From the NCBI GenBank assembly GCA_951406725.2, contig OX597820.1:86118001-86182000 (forward strand): DNA of 64,000 nt, written 5' to 3'. Below are positions 25,408 through 38,559 of the stretch, piece after piece. The DNA comes from Octopus vulgaris (Eukaryota). Made by a program: the position numbers and the translations under genes. How positions within the stretch are numbered: the stretch's first letter is position 1; each line of letters starts with the position of its first letter. The notes beneath the pieces are model-generated. The model saw only the letters and a list, made by a program, of their open reading frames with translations, ran no database searches and was not told the DNA's origin.

Positions 25408-27169
25408 GTGCCTCGCATTTATGTGAATGAGGCAGACAACTTCTGCTACATTTGTAGTGAGAAGACTTTTGCATCACAGAAGCGCTCTATAACTGTTATG
25501 GTTACAAAGGCAAATCAACTATATTTTGGATGCAAGTTCGACGACCAAGATAAGAAGTAGGCTCCTCACATATGCTGCAACATTTGTGCTACTATCCTTC
25601 GCCAATGGCTTACCAAGAAGAGGAAAGGAACGGTTTTTCCCGTGTCAATGACGTGGCGGGATGCAAAAGACCATACCAAAAATGGTTATTTCTGCATGGT
25701 ACCTCCAATAAAAAAATGGCTTGTCAAAGAAGAAAAAGTAGTTCATTAAATATCTAAACATTCCTTCAGCTATTTGCCCAGTACCACACGGAGAAAGTCT
25801 ACCTGCTCCTGACACACCAAGTAAGGTATCCTTCGAGTCAGATGACGAAAGTGATTAGGAGGAAGTAGAGAAGGATGATGGTGCTGGATTACAGATTGAC
25901 CGAAATATTTATGAAGCACACATTTCTAAATCACATCTCATAACACAAGGTGAATTCTACGACTTTGCCACGTCTGTACTACATCCTAACTATAAGGCAG
26001 TGCTGCTAGGCTCTCGTCTTCAACAGTGGAATCTGCTTGCAGTTGATGTGAAGATCTCAAAATTTCGTTACCATTAGCAGCAATTCATCAACTTTTTTAT
26101 AATGGAAGATGATTTATTGACCTGCAACTATATTAATGGTCTGACGGAAACCCTTGGCATTGAATCCATTTGCTGGAGGCCATTTGTGGATTCATCAAAA
26201 ATTGATCGGAAAGATGTCTTGCTGCATAATGGCAATCGTGAACCATCAATTCCTGTTGGTATGCTCCACATGTGAAAGAAACGGATGAGAATATAACGCA
26301 TATGTTGCAATGCATGAAATATGATGAACATCAATGGCAGTTCTGTGGTCACTTAATGGTTGTTGCTCTTACGATGGGCTTTCAGATACTGCTGCGTTCT
26401 GTATGAATGGGACAGCCGTGCAATAGGTTCCCAATATATCAGGAGAGTCTGGCTAACTTGTCAATAATTGGAGCCTGGAATAAAAAATGTTCAACGCCCA
26501 TCTTTCACTAAACCAAACAAAATTTTGCTACCAGCTCTACAGAAAAACTGTGGTTCATGAAATAATTTGTAAAAGCAATGGACAAATCCACTGAGGGGTT
26601 CAAGTATTTAACATCAAAATTCCCCTCACTATGCGACGCTAAGATAAAAGTAGGAGGCTTCCTTGGTCCTCAGATTCGAGAGTTTCTTAAAGATATGCGT
26701 CTTCGAATCAGTCCTTCATGGGGCAGAGCAAGTTGTTGGGGAAGCATTGAAGTTATTGGCGAAGGGATTTCTTTTAGGACTCTCATTAAGACATTTTTAG
26801 GGAACTGTGGCGCAGTAAGTGACGAACATAGTGGAATGTTTCACCAAGATATTTCAACTATAGAATAGCAGTACCAGGGTAAATGGAGAACAACAATGTT
26901 TGCACGCTCTTGCTGGACATTGACAAGAGATGATTCTTCAACCCACTAAAAGCATCAAGCAAAAAGGCAGAGAGCAGATACGGACTAGATTTTAAAACAT
27001 AGTGACATATATTATACTCAATATAGTCAATGAAATATTCCATGCTATGTATCGTTAAGCATTTTACAAGATGGTATTTGGAATAAGGACATGAAAATAC
27101 ATAAGAATAAATTAATCTCATTTAAGAGGCACATAAATTTCCCAAAATTATTTACTAATGTTATCAGTG
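25408..27169 (+). mobile_element. Chapaev3-like (CMC) DNA transposon with decayed transposase
   Basis: NFCYICSE, YFGCKFDDQDKK-APHICC, YFCMVPP, LGSRLQQWNLL, VLLHNGN, EWDSRA, FVKAMDK..AKIKVGGFLGPQIRE, AVSDEHSGMFHQDI..YQGKW; putative right end ..GTTATCAGTG; left end not located. Confidence 0.7.
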
Positions 27170-27201
27170 AAGGACATCATGAAGTATGACAATAAAAGGG
27201 G

Positions 27202-27257
<56 letters not shown>

Positions 27258-27444
27258 CAAATAAGAAAATGGAGAAACACATTAGTTGGTTTATCAGCTT
27301 TAGGATATTAGAATGTTGACTTATTTATTTATCAAAATGACAACCATAATAACATACATATATACAGTATAACATTCAATGCATATAAGATAAGAATACA
27401 AGTAGTTATTAAAAAACGTTAATATAAATTATTAAAATCATTAA

Positions 27445-27575
27445 AATCACTTACAACTGTTTCAGTCTATGGGAAAAAGTAATTTGTTGTGCCTATACAT
27501 GTCAATTGTATTGAGGTGGTAGGCAGTTAAAAATGAGGTACTTAAATATATCCATAGGCCTCGTCAGAGATTATA
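27445..27575 (-). ncRNA. Type I hammerhead ribozyme motif with long helix II (PLE-type)
   Basis: Minus strand: CTGACGA (27567-61), GGCCTATGG/CCATAGACT stem, GAAA, C-AGTT-GTA; helix I weak. Confidence 0.6.
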
Positions 27576-28199
27576 AAGCACATTCAAAATATAAATACAT
27601 GGATGAAACAAGATACACGCACAATTTAATATATATATATCAAAATATGAAAACAAAATAACAAGAATTTAACGAAAATAATAAGAGATTCATATAACCT
27701 ACATTTAAAAAGACAGGGGATTAAAATAAGGTAGGGAAGAGATAATAGTAACCCGAATAGTGGGGGTACTATATATGGACGTAGTAGGGGCAGTTAAATG
27801 ACCGAAGAGATTTTCTAAGTTGTAATGTTGCAGGTGCTGTTGTAGGTATGATTTTATAGTTTCTAGGGGACATATAATTTAGTTGAGAGAAGACTTACTT
27901 ACATAAAGTCACTACAAATAAACATAACATGATCACAAGGGCAGAACATCACAGAACGGAAAAGAGTGTAATCACCAAAATAGGATGAAATCTGACTAAC
28001 TAGGCAGGAGATATCATGAGATAGTATTACATATATCACACCACATACCATAAGATATAGCTTATAAAATATGCCATGCAATTTAATTCACCATATAATA
28101 TAATATCCCATAATTGTATTATATTTAATGCTAGAGGGTAGGTTTATAACGGATACGGCACCAAAATTAATTTTAAATTCTATTTATTTATTTGTGCAG

Positions 28200-29054
28200 C
28201 TGAATATGGCACTTCATTTAAATTGATGTAATGATTGCACTATACAATTAAATGGAGCCACTTGAAATACTAGAAACATCAACTGGTTCCCTAAATTACA
28301 AGAAAAAATGTAAATTCATCCAACTAATACATATACAACTATTACCAATCCATTAACCCCATCTTAATAAATAAAACAGTTATCTTTGCCAAGATTAGGA
28401 CTAAATAATCACTGAAAGAAATAAAAATTATGCTTGAAGGTAGAAACACTAGTATTTCATGAAGGTAAATATTGGACCAGGAAAGATACACCAAACTATT
28501 TTGATGTACCCATGGGCGCACAAGACTCCGCAGAGGTGACCGATTTTGTCGGGATTTACCTAGTACACCAAATTAACAAGAATTCTCTGAATTGGAAGGT
28601 GGTCTTTACCGGGATGATGCTCTATTCTTAGTTAGAAATACCCCCAACACAAAAATTGAACTCTAAAAACAAGACTACACAATTTGTTTTTAACCAAGGA
28701 CTATCCATTACTATTGAAAAAGATAACAACTCTGTGAACCTCCTAGACGTTAACTTCAATCTTGATACTTCCTCCCGTCAACCTTACCTTAAACCTAAAT
28801 ACAGTATCACATGCATAAACGCTGAAAGTAACCATCCTTATAACATTACAGGAACCCTGACCACTAACACAGAGAGAAGAATTAATCTATTATCATCTAA
28901 TGAAGAAATTTTTAACAAACATAAATACTACTATAACCTAGCACTTAAGAAGTTAGTTTATAAGTATGAAATTAAGTACAATAAAAACGACATCATCAAT
29001 GCTAATAATACTACACTTTATCTTGAAATGAATAGCGTAGATAATATTAGTTAA
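28200..29054 (+). pseudogene. Penelope-like element reverse transcriptase remnant
   Basis: YFDVPMGAQDSAEVTDFVGIYL, GGLYRDDAL (frameshifted), VNLLDVNFNL..PYLKP..INAESNHP. Confidence 0.85.
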
Positions 29055-29797
29055 CCTAAGTCACCTGACGAATTAGTACACCCCGGTAAACATATAAAAA
29101 AACTAAACTCTCAATGATAGTCATCAACATAACTTTAGCAAAAAACACGGAAATCAAAGCTACAATAAACACAAATATACTTAATCAATACGAACACCAT
29201 ACACATAACTCACCTAATCCCTTCAATAATCCATAGAACTCAAATTAATATAGATGGGTAAAGAATAGCAAAACAGAAACTAATACCTTGTGTGAGAATA
29301 GCTGACCCCGCAAACACAACCCATCATTCCAATAAAGAAAACAGCGGTAACACTACTTGGATCATAATACTTAACACTTATGCACGTCTCCCTACATCTC
29401 TTTTTCGCTCAATATGTACTTTTTAAAACAAAAAATTATATCTTTCCTTAGTATACCTATAATTTTTGTATTTTATTCTATTTGCATAATGTGTCCTTTT
29501 AAATCCCATCAGCATACACATACTAACTAATACTGTTTTATGTTACTTATCATTCTACCTGATAATTGAATGTAATTTACTGCTGATATATGCAAACATA
29601 TATAGTACTTCTTGGTGTCCTACATGCGTACAACCACGTCTGCATATCTAAATATGGATCTTATATGTCATCTGTGTGTGCATATCTATTATTATTGTGT
29701 GTTTATTCACTAAATGTTGCCACTAAGATGTTTTTTTTTAAAATGAAAGTGTGCACATATACGTATGTTTCGCATACATATATATATGTACATATAT

Positions 29798-29846
<49 letters not shown>

Positions 29847-31005
29847 ATATATATATATATATATATATATACTGCTATGTTTATATGTGTGTACGTATAT
29901 TTATATGCGTGTGCCCTTTCTCTTTGCACCGGTATGAGTGTATATATATTTTTACGGTATTCTTTCCTTTATGTATACCCTAATCAAAACACAACTAGAA
30001 TTCCTATATCTATGTCCAGTAATGTGCAGATATGCCTCTACTCACGTATAAGTAAATATACTAACATTTTTTCCGTATAAGATTTTTATATGATATTATA
30101 TATAAATCACTTTGAATACTTATGTGCATCCCCATACTCGTATCTTTTCTTCTATTCATGATACACAATATTCTTCTATTACTTGTATATTAATACTAAC
30201 CTAATACCACTATATATCACTCTCACATTGTGCCAAGCTAGTTCTTTACCTCGTATTTTTATTTATACTTAAACGTAGTTACTGCATAACCTTAGATATA
30301 ATTACATATAAGTTAAACCTTCTATTTTCTATTTTTTTTCTTTCCCAGCTCATTTATTTCCCCTACATTGTTTTTTTTTTTTCAGTATTCCTACATGCAA
30401 TAATAAATCTTTGAGCGCTCTTTTTTCGTCTTTATAGCCACAGCAAGTATTTACTATATAATTTGTAATATTAACAATTATTTTTTTCAGTTTTTACTTA
30501 TATTTAATACATACAAACGAGTATTAGTTCTTATGCAAACACAAGTCCATTTTACGCATCTTATTCTCTCTTTAACTCTTTTTTACTTCTCTAACACTTG
30601 TCTACATTAATAATCCAGTAGCCCTTTATACACTACCTCCTTTAAAACAACTTCATTCTCATGTAAAATCTTTTTATTAAATATGCACCACACTTAGTAT
30701 TGTTTCTAACTGTCAGATCAAATCTTAATTCAAGTATAGCCATGCCTCTCCATTGGACATTTCTATACAATGTTTACCCTACGCGACTTAATGGGAGTTA
30801 GAATTTCAAATCGCCTTACTCATCTATAAAGGGAACGTCTCTGAAACCGCTTTCACTTATATTTTCAAATAACCGTTACAGCCTTCAATTTTTAGTTAAT
30901 ACCTAACTGCACTCACATTTTTTTCTCATAAGGATAAATATGAATCTCCTAGATCCTATTCATCTATTTCCTATCTCAAGTGCTTTGTAAAAATTTTGTT
31001 TATAC

Positions 31006-31131
31006 TTCTTGCACTGAAGAGTACGGTGATATATAATTAATTTAATTTCATTTAATTAATTTAATTATTTCTATTCAACCATGAATTTGCATGATTTTTA
31101 TATCGCTGCACGAAACCATCGTCTGTATGAA
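31006..31131 (+). ncRNA. Type I hammerhead ribozyme motif with long helix II
   Basis: TTCTTGCA-CTGAAGA(31014-20)-GTACGGTGATATA..TATATCGCTGCAC-GAAA(31112-15)-CCATC-GTC-TGTATGAA; all three helices can pair. Confidence 0.7.
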
Positions 31132-31334
31132 TTAAAATTCTCTTATATATTTTAGCATCATCTCTTCTCCATTTTTAACAAAATTGTTGAGTTTTAAATG
31201 CGATTCCTTTCCATAAATTCACAACACATCATATATAAGTATTATTTTCATATTCGCAAACTTACCAGCAAAATATGAAGAATCTATATTTTGGGGGGAA
31301 TCTCTAAATTAAAAGACGAATCTAATTCAACCTT

Positions 31335-31379
<45 letters not shown>

Positions 31380-31435
31380 ACACACGCACACACACACACA
31401 CATGCACACACACACACACACCAACACCCACATTG

Positions 31436-31581
31436 CGTGATAAATAATCAGTATTTAAAAACTGATCGTTTGCTGCAATAAGTGTGTGAGTCTAAGAGGA
31501 AAATATGTTGAATAAATTCATAATTAACTCAAGCTCCTGTATTTTCTTTTACTCAAAGCCAGGAATTTTCAGCACACCCTC

Positions 31582-31582
<1 letters not shown>
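31436..31582 (+). mobile_element. mariner 3' end (C-terminal remnant and right TIR)
   Basis: KCV..YVE*-like ending, then TTTTCAGCACACCCTCG|TA. Confidence 0.6.
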
Positions 31583-31642
<60 letters not shown>

Positions 31643-32099
31643 GCATATGTGTGTGTGTATATACATGCCTACATATGACTGATACAGAGTCAATGTATAA
31701 ATGTAAGATCGAATACATACATACGTAATTGTTAGTGTAAGGAGAGTGTATATATTAAATTAGCCGATTTGCTGACAAGTGACGTGATTACAAATTTGAT
31801 ATATTTCTTAGAAAACTACAAAATGCCTCCCGGATCATGGTGCAGATGTATAAGTATTCAAATAGAGTAAAATTAAACTTTCCATAAATTATAGACAAAT
31901 AAATATGCATGCGTGTATGTATATAGGCATACACAAACATATAATTTATGGAAACTTTTAATTTTCTCCATGAGAATACTTAAATATATGCAGTGTGCGC
32001 CTTGAGGCGGTTTTGAAGTTTCATACCTATTTACATATTATTACAAAAATGCCTTTTCGTGTGCGTGCATGTACGTATTCATGCATGTATATGTGTATG

Positions 32100-32238
<139 letters not shown>

Positions 32239-32891
32239 TTATATATATACATATACATATGTATATGTATCTTTGTATATATGCATGTATGTATGTATCT
32301 ATCTATATATATATGTGTGTATGGTATGTATGTATGTAAATATTGCACATGTGTGTAAGGACATATATATTCGCGTATGTGTAAAGATATAGATAGATAG
32401 ATAGATAGATAGATAGAGGATTGTTAATTCTTGTGCGTGTTTGATCGTTTAAAATAATCTGAACACTGTCATCTTCGTTAATTCATGACTTCTCAGTAGT
32501 CCATTGAGTATACATGTGCAGTACATCGGACATTGTAACAAGACTGGCGTGTTGTATGTACACGGAAACACATATATAAAGGAATATTCACATTATCATA
32601 GATATATACACATATAAATACATGAATATATATATGTATAATGTGAGGGAATATCATTCCAAACTTACAGGGAAAAATTCAATTTAGAAATGCTAAATAA
32701 AATTTTACAAAATATAATATATATATATATATGAATTAGATAAAAACACCTTTAATCAATTCAATAATGAAAAATTAAATTATACCATTTAGAAAAATTG
32801 CATATTATTAGAAAGATTATATATACGATAAAACATATAACAATGATTAAGTAATTTGCACAAATGTAAGTAAAACGTATATATTTGGTAG

Positions 32892-32985
32892 AATAATGAC
32901 ACGTGTTTCGTGGCTATATTTAAGAAATGATAATAGTAATAATAATAGTAAAATCACTTCAATGTAAATATAGCCACTCTTCTTT
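32892..32985 (-). ncRNA. 5'-truncated hammerhead remnant
   Basis: Minus strand: ..GAAGA-GTGGCTATATTT/AAATATAGCCAC (12-bp stem)-GAAA-CACGT-GTC; the CT of the core and the helix I 5' strand are absent. Confidence 0.5.
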
Positions 32986-32997
32986 TTCTAATTTATG

Positions 32998-33081
<84 letters not shown>

Positions 33082-33096
33082 TGTGTGTGTGTGTGT

Positions 33097-33416
33097 AATT
33101 TCTTTTCAGAATGAGATAAAAAAAACCTTGACTGTGGAGATCTTAAACATTTATAAATAGGTCTTACAGCTGTTTCCAGGATATTTCATTATATCCCTTC
33201 ATTGGAGAAGATGTGAGAAAATCTATTTTCATTCATCCACTCCACTCTCTATTTCGTATCTTATCTAAATTAACTATTGCTTAACCATTTTCTCACACCG
33301 TCCCCGATGAAGGGATATAATACATATCCTAGAAACAGGTGTAAGACCTTCTATTTATAAATATTCTAAAATCTTCAGAGCCTTGTTTTTTTTTTTATCT
33401 CATTCTGAAAAAAATT
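33097..33416. mobile_element. Palindromic non-autonomous element with a hammerhead motif in each arm
   Basis: Arms of about 125 bp (TTCAGAATGAGATAAAA...GTGAGAAAAT / ATTTTCTCAC...TTATCTCATTCTGAA); right arm CCGATGA-AGGGATAT..ATATCCTA-GAAA-CAGGT-GTA-AGAC. Confidence 0.75.
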
Positions 33417-33518
33417 ATTTGTATATATACACATGCTGATATATACACATTAGACTCCTTATTCGCATAATCACCGAACCTGGAGCTTAACTACAGTCTA
33501 TCCATAGCACTTACTCAG

Positions 33519-33691
<173 letters not shown>

Positions 33692-33694
33692 AGT

Positions 33695-34030
33695 GAAGGC
33701 GCGTGGCTCAGTGGTTAGAGCGTCGAGCTTACGATCGTGAGGTTGTGAGCTCGAATCCCGGACAAGGCTGCGTGTTGTGTTCTTGAGCAAGACACTTTAT
33801 TTTACGTTGCTCCAGTTCACTCAGCTGTAGAAATGAGTTGCGACGTCACAGGTGCCAAGCTGTATCAGCCCTTGCCTTTCCCTTGGACAACATCGGTGAC
33901 GTGTAGAGGGGAGGCTGGTATGCATGGGCGACTGCTGGTCTTCCATAAAACAACCTTGCCCAGACTTGTGCCTCAGAGGCTAACTCTCTAGGTGCAAGCC
34001 CATGGTCAGTGTCTGACCGAAGGGTGTCAC
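33695..34030 (+). mobile_element. tRNA-derived SINE family D
   Basis: GGCGCGTGGCTCAGTGGTTAGAGCG A box, GAGCTCGAATCCC B box, GTGTTCTTGAGCAAGACACTTTA central-domain motif. Confidence 0.8.
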
Positions 34031-34046
34031 ACTATATATGTATATA

Positions 34047-35667
34047 CAGTTGCGGCCAAAATGTTCAGAATGGCATTGTTTTCGTCAGAAAAGTAAATAT
34101 AAGTTTTTATCAAAGTTGTTTTATATTCTATAATTTTTACAGACAATAAATACAATATTAATTGTTATTGTCTGAGATGTTGGTATAATTTGGGAGGATA
34201 ATACAAAAGTTATGGATGATATAGGGATTTACTGCAAAACCCATGGCGGCCAAAATGATCCGAAAGGTTGAAAAAATAACAAAATAATCAAAAATGACAG
34301 AGAATACTGGAATTATTTAATATTTAGTGTGAAGCCCTTTAGCTTCGATCACACTCTGATATCTTCGACTGCATGAGGAAATTAAATTTTCAGTATCTTG
34401 CTGGGTGATCTTATTCCATTCTTCCTGAAGGGCATTCCATAATTGCTCAGTTGTTTTAGGATTTCTGGCTTTCGAACGTTCTCCTAGAATATTCCACACA
34501 TTTTCAATAGGATTGAGATCTGGGCTTTGAGCTGGCCAATCCATAACAATAACCTTTTCAGCCTTGAGGAAGTTCATGACCACCTTAGCCTTGTGACGTG
34601 GGGCATTGTCCTGCATGAATATGGGTGGTCGCTTAGTTGAATTTCTCAGCACAGGCAAGACATGATCTTTTACAAGTTGTTTATAAACTCCTGCATTTAA
34701 CTTTCCATGTAATCGCACCAAAGGGCCCACACCATCTCCAGATATAATTCCCCAAACCATGACGCTTCCACCACCGAATTTAACACTAGTCTTAAGGCAT
34801 TTAGGCAACAATTTTTCACCTACTTTTCTACGAAGCCAAATCTGATCCAAATAGCATAAACTTAGATTCATCACTGAAATGCACCGTTTGCCATTTTTCT
34901 TGAGACCACAACACATGTTCGGTTGCAAATGTAAGACGACACTTTTTTATTCTTGGAGCTGATCAGTGGCTTCATTGCAGGTGCTCATGCTTGTAGGTCA
35001 TGTTCAACTAAACGACGAGACAGTTTTTCGAGATAAAGTTTTCTTCAATACAATGCTCATTTTCCGAGAAACAGCAGCAGCAGTTTTAAATTTGTCCTTT
35101 TTAACCAACTTTACCATAGCACGATCTTCTCTCTTGGTCGTTTTTCTTGGCCTACCTGTAACCTTTCTTGCTTCACACGAACCACAATCATCGTAGACCT
35201 TAAGAATACCGTGTACAACACTTTTTGACTTGTTAACAATCTTTGCAATAGATCCAATACTTAAATTATCCTTCCTTCGAAGCTTAATAATCTGCTGACG
35301 AATTGGTAACGGAGTAAGTGGCATCATATTAACAAAGTACACTGCAAATATTCTTACTAATGTTTAGTAAACGAACCGTCACGTAAACAAATTCAAAACA
35401 TCAGAGTTCGCCGGTTAAATATACTAAAACACAGACTAAAAGCAACCATTCTGATCATTTTGGCCGCCATGGGCTTTGCAGTAAATCACTAAATCATCCA
35501 TAACTTTTGTATTATCCTCTCAAATTACACCAAAATCTCAGTCAATAACAAAATAATATCGTATTTATTGTCTGTGAAAATTATAGAATATAAAACAACT
35601 TCGATAAAAAATTATATTTACTTTTCTGACGAAAACAATGCCGTTCTGAACATTTTGGCCGCAACTG
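34047..35667 (-). mobile_element. Tc1-family transposon, IR/DR type, about 1.62 kb
   Basis: TA|CAGTTGCGGCCAAAATGTTCAGAA...TTCTGAACATTTTGGCCGCAACTG|TA; TIRs of about 224 bp, each with an inner GCGGCCAAAATG repeat. Confidence 0.95.
34317..35327 (-). pseudogene. Tc1 DD34E transposase, frameshifted
   Basis: HTH and GRPRKTT, VHFSDESKF, VKFGGGSVMVWG, FMQDNAPRH, WPAQSPDLNPIENVW; 34 residues between the second D and E. Confidence 0.92.
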
Positions 35668-35755
35668 TATATTAGCATTAATTAATAATGAGGGTTACTA
35701 GAGATAGCATCATCATTATAAAATAGCAGTCAGAAACGAATTGTGGTTTTAAGTA

Positions 35756-36308
35756 TTGGGTTGTCCGGAAAGTTTGTGCCGATTTTTAAAGGCAAGAAAA
35801 AGGTAAATAAATACTTGCCATTACATTTTAATCAACCAAATATGAACCATTTTGTTGCACAATGAGTCTCCATCTTCCCTTCAACTTGAAAATAGCCTCT
35901 TCCCAGAATTGAGGTGGTTTCATGTCAAAGAATTAATCAAGTTATCCAAGGAATTGAATTTTTTACCATTAACACTATTCTGCAGAGACCTGAATAAGTG
36001 AAAATCCAATGAAGCAATATCTGGTGAATATGGAGGGTGGGGTAACACATCCCAGCCGATTTTCAGCAATTTTTGTCTGGTTCTCAAGGCAGCAAGTGCC
36101 GAAAATGAACTTTCTTATCTTCCATTTTAAAGGGTTACAGAATTAACACAAGTTATAGGAACGTAAATGTTCTTCCAATTAAAAGATAGCTTAAACTGTG
36201 CTGTAAATGGAGGTGTAGTGAAATCCTATTTTATGGACTCAACCATGTTCTAAAATAAGTCAAAAGCTAAGCTACTATAAATCGGTACGAACTTTTCGGA
36301 CAACCCAA
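35756..36308 (-). mobile_element. Internally deleted mariner element
   Basis: TA-flanked TIRs TTGGGTTGTCCGGAAAGTT../..AACTTTTCGGACAACCCAA; minus strand GWDVLPHPPYSPDIASLDFHLFRSLQ. Confidence 0.9.
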
Positions 36309-38559
36309 TAGTTCCTGGCTGCTATTTTACCATGCTGGTGCTACCCTTCTTCACTAATGAAAGACATAGAATCTCGATTCTGCCGATAAAACGTAACTAT
36401 CGAACACCAAAGGTATTCGTTGAAGGCTAACATTTTGTTTACTGCACAAACTCTAAAGTGTTGTTGTCTTTTGTTTTCTTGTTTGTTGTATAATAAATCT
36501 TTTTATAAAGATCGCTTGGTCAATGAAACATAAATAACGATGTATTGAGCAAACGTACAAATATATCAGATCGTACATTTTTAGATTTTTGAATAGTAAC
36601 TTCTTCGATAACCTCAGCCATTTATGCGCTAATCGCCATTTGGTACAATAAGTTTCTCCATGGGACGTTTGCGAAACTAAAATTTAGAACGGTATCCTTC
36701 TTTCAAGCTTACGTTTCTTTCAAATAATTTCTATCAGCAGCCTGTTTTTCTTTAATGAAATTTAATTTTATTGCCATCAAATATGACTAAATGAATTATC
36801 CCCCCTATTATGATAACCTCTCTGTTTTTTCAAGAGTATCATGTTACTTCTGTGAGTAACTATTTTACTTTGAACCGCATTGAACACTAACTTAATTGTC
36901 TCGTAAATATATTCATATAAACCACCTACGTATATAACGTGATATAATGCACTATAATAGAATATAATGCGGCATAAATGTAATATGCGTATTTAATGGC
37001 TCAGTATCCTATTTTATATTTCCATTTGCATTATACTTTACTTTTCATGGTAAACTATTTTTTCTGTTCCTCACCTATGACTTATCTCCTCTGCATCTTC
37101 TATATTACAATGCACATGGCATTTCGAACACATATATACCATCAAATAAATATAGTTTTGTTTTATACTATGCCACAACAAATTACGTTTTTCTGTTATT
37201 GGAATCATAACTGTTCGGTGTATTTTTCTGGCTTGCAACGTTTTTTTTTTTCCCTTTTTTTCATCACTCTTTGCTTGTAACATTCTGCAGGGGATATTAT
37301 AAAGTAAAACCCTTTTTAAAACGTCATATATCACATATTTTGCACTTGATATCTGATAAATAATTGGCCCTATTGCTAATGTACACTACTACATCTGTAG
37401 GTTTTATTTAATATCCACTTTGATAATTTGATATGATAGGTTTTTATTTCTTCAATTTTTTTTAAAGTACAAGCTTCTCCTACGTCAGAGCTACTCAGAT
37501 TAAGAGGTATCGCGATTCAAAAAATTATAAGCATCACCATTAGTTTCAGAATACGGTCTGCTATTTTGGTCTAACGAAAACTCAGATAAATTTTAGCAAT
37601 TTCAAAAACAATGCTTTTTTTAAGAAAAGATCCACTCCTCGTGGTTTGAGCTAAGATCAAAGACCAGTTAATTTCAAAGTCTATAATCGCAATGTTTATG
37701 TGTGTGTGAGTGTTTGGTTGTTTGCGTGTTTGGTTAATTTCTTGGGTCACGAGTATCTATCTATTTTCTACCATACCTCATATATATATATATATATATA
37801 TATACGTGTGTGTGAGTGTGCGTGTGCGTGAGTGCGTGCTTGCGTGTATGTATCAACCTTCAACGCCACCATTACCATCAGCAACACAAACAGCATTAAT
37901 ACCTAAATCAAAGAAAACCCAGCACCATTACCAACCCACAATCCTTATAAACAAACAAACAACAACAACAATAATACTTTGAACAAGATAAGCAATGCCA
38001 TCTAAAATAAAACACAACAATGATAGGAGATAATAAGGTACACTGGCGCAGTTAAAAACTTGAATGTAATGTCTTCAACCTTAGGTTAGTGAGGATTGAT
38101 TTAAATCTAAACACCAAAAACAATACAATTAACAAGAACAAATATGACCACCACTGGCATCAGCAATACACGAACCGTTGCAAATTCAATAATATCAAAG
38201 CCAACTGCATGACAACTAGCAGCCAAGCAATTTCAGGATACTCAACTGACAATAGCACCAATATTATCAGCATTGTAGCAATGTTTGTTGCCTCATATGT
38301 TGTATGTCGGTACTACGGAGTGTTTATGAGAAAGGGAGTGAGTGAGAGAGAAAGAAAGGGAATGTGGTATGTTGAGATTTTATGGCTTCGCTCAGAGGTA
38401 CAATAGCTGAAGAGAATCTGGTCACCATTTAACCAGCTGTGATGATACAGTACTTCTTCTCACCCCATTCCTTTCCCTTTTCATCTTTACTTTTCCATTC
38501 TTACATTTATATGAAAGAGACAAAATTTTTTGGCTCTCATAAGAAATTGTTCTTTCTTG

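Noticed and set aside
29064-29090. Hammerhead core CTGACGA after the PLE RT
   Set aside because: No helix II or GAAA partner found
33697-33770. tRNA gene
   Set aside because: No closed acceptor stem; continues into a SINE body. The same applies to the heads at 7290, 18835 and 44080
37071-37334. piggyBac C-terminal Cys-rich domain (YMCSKCHVHC)
   Set aside because: Only a weak motif; no catalytic region or TIRs could be confirmed
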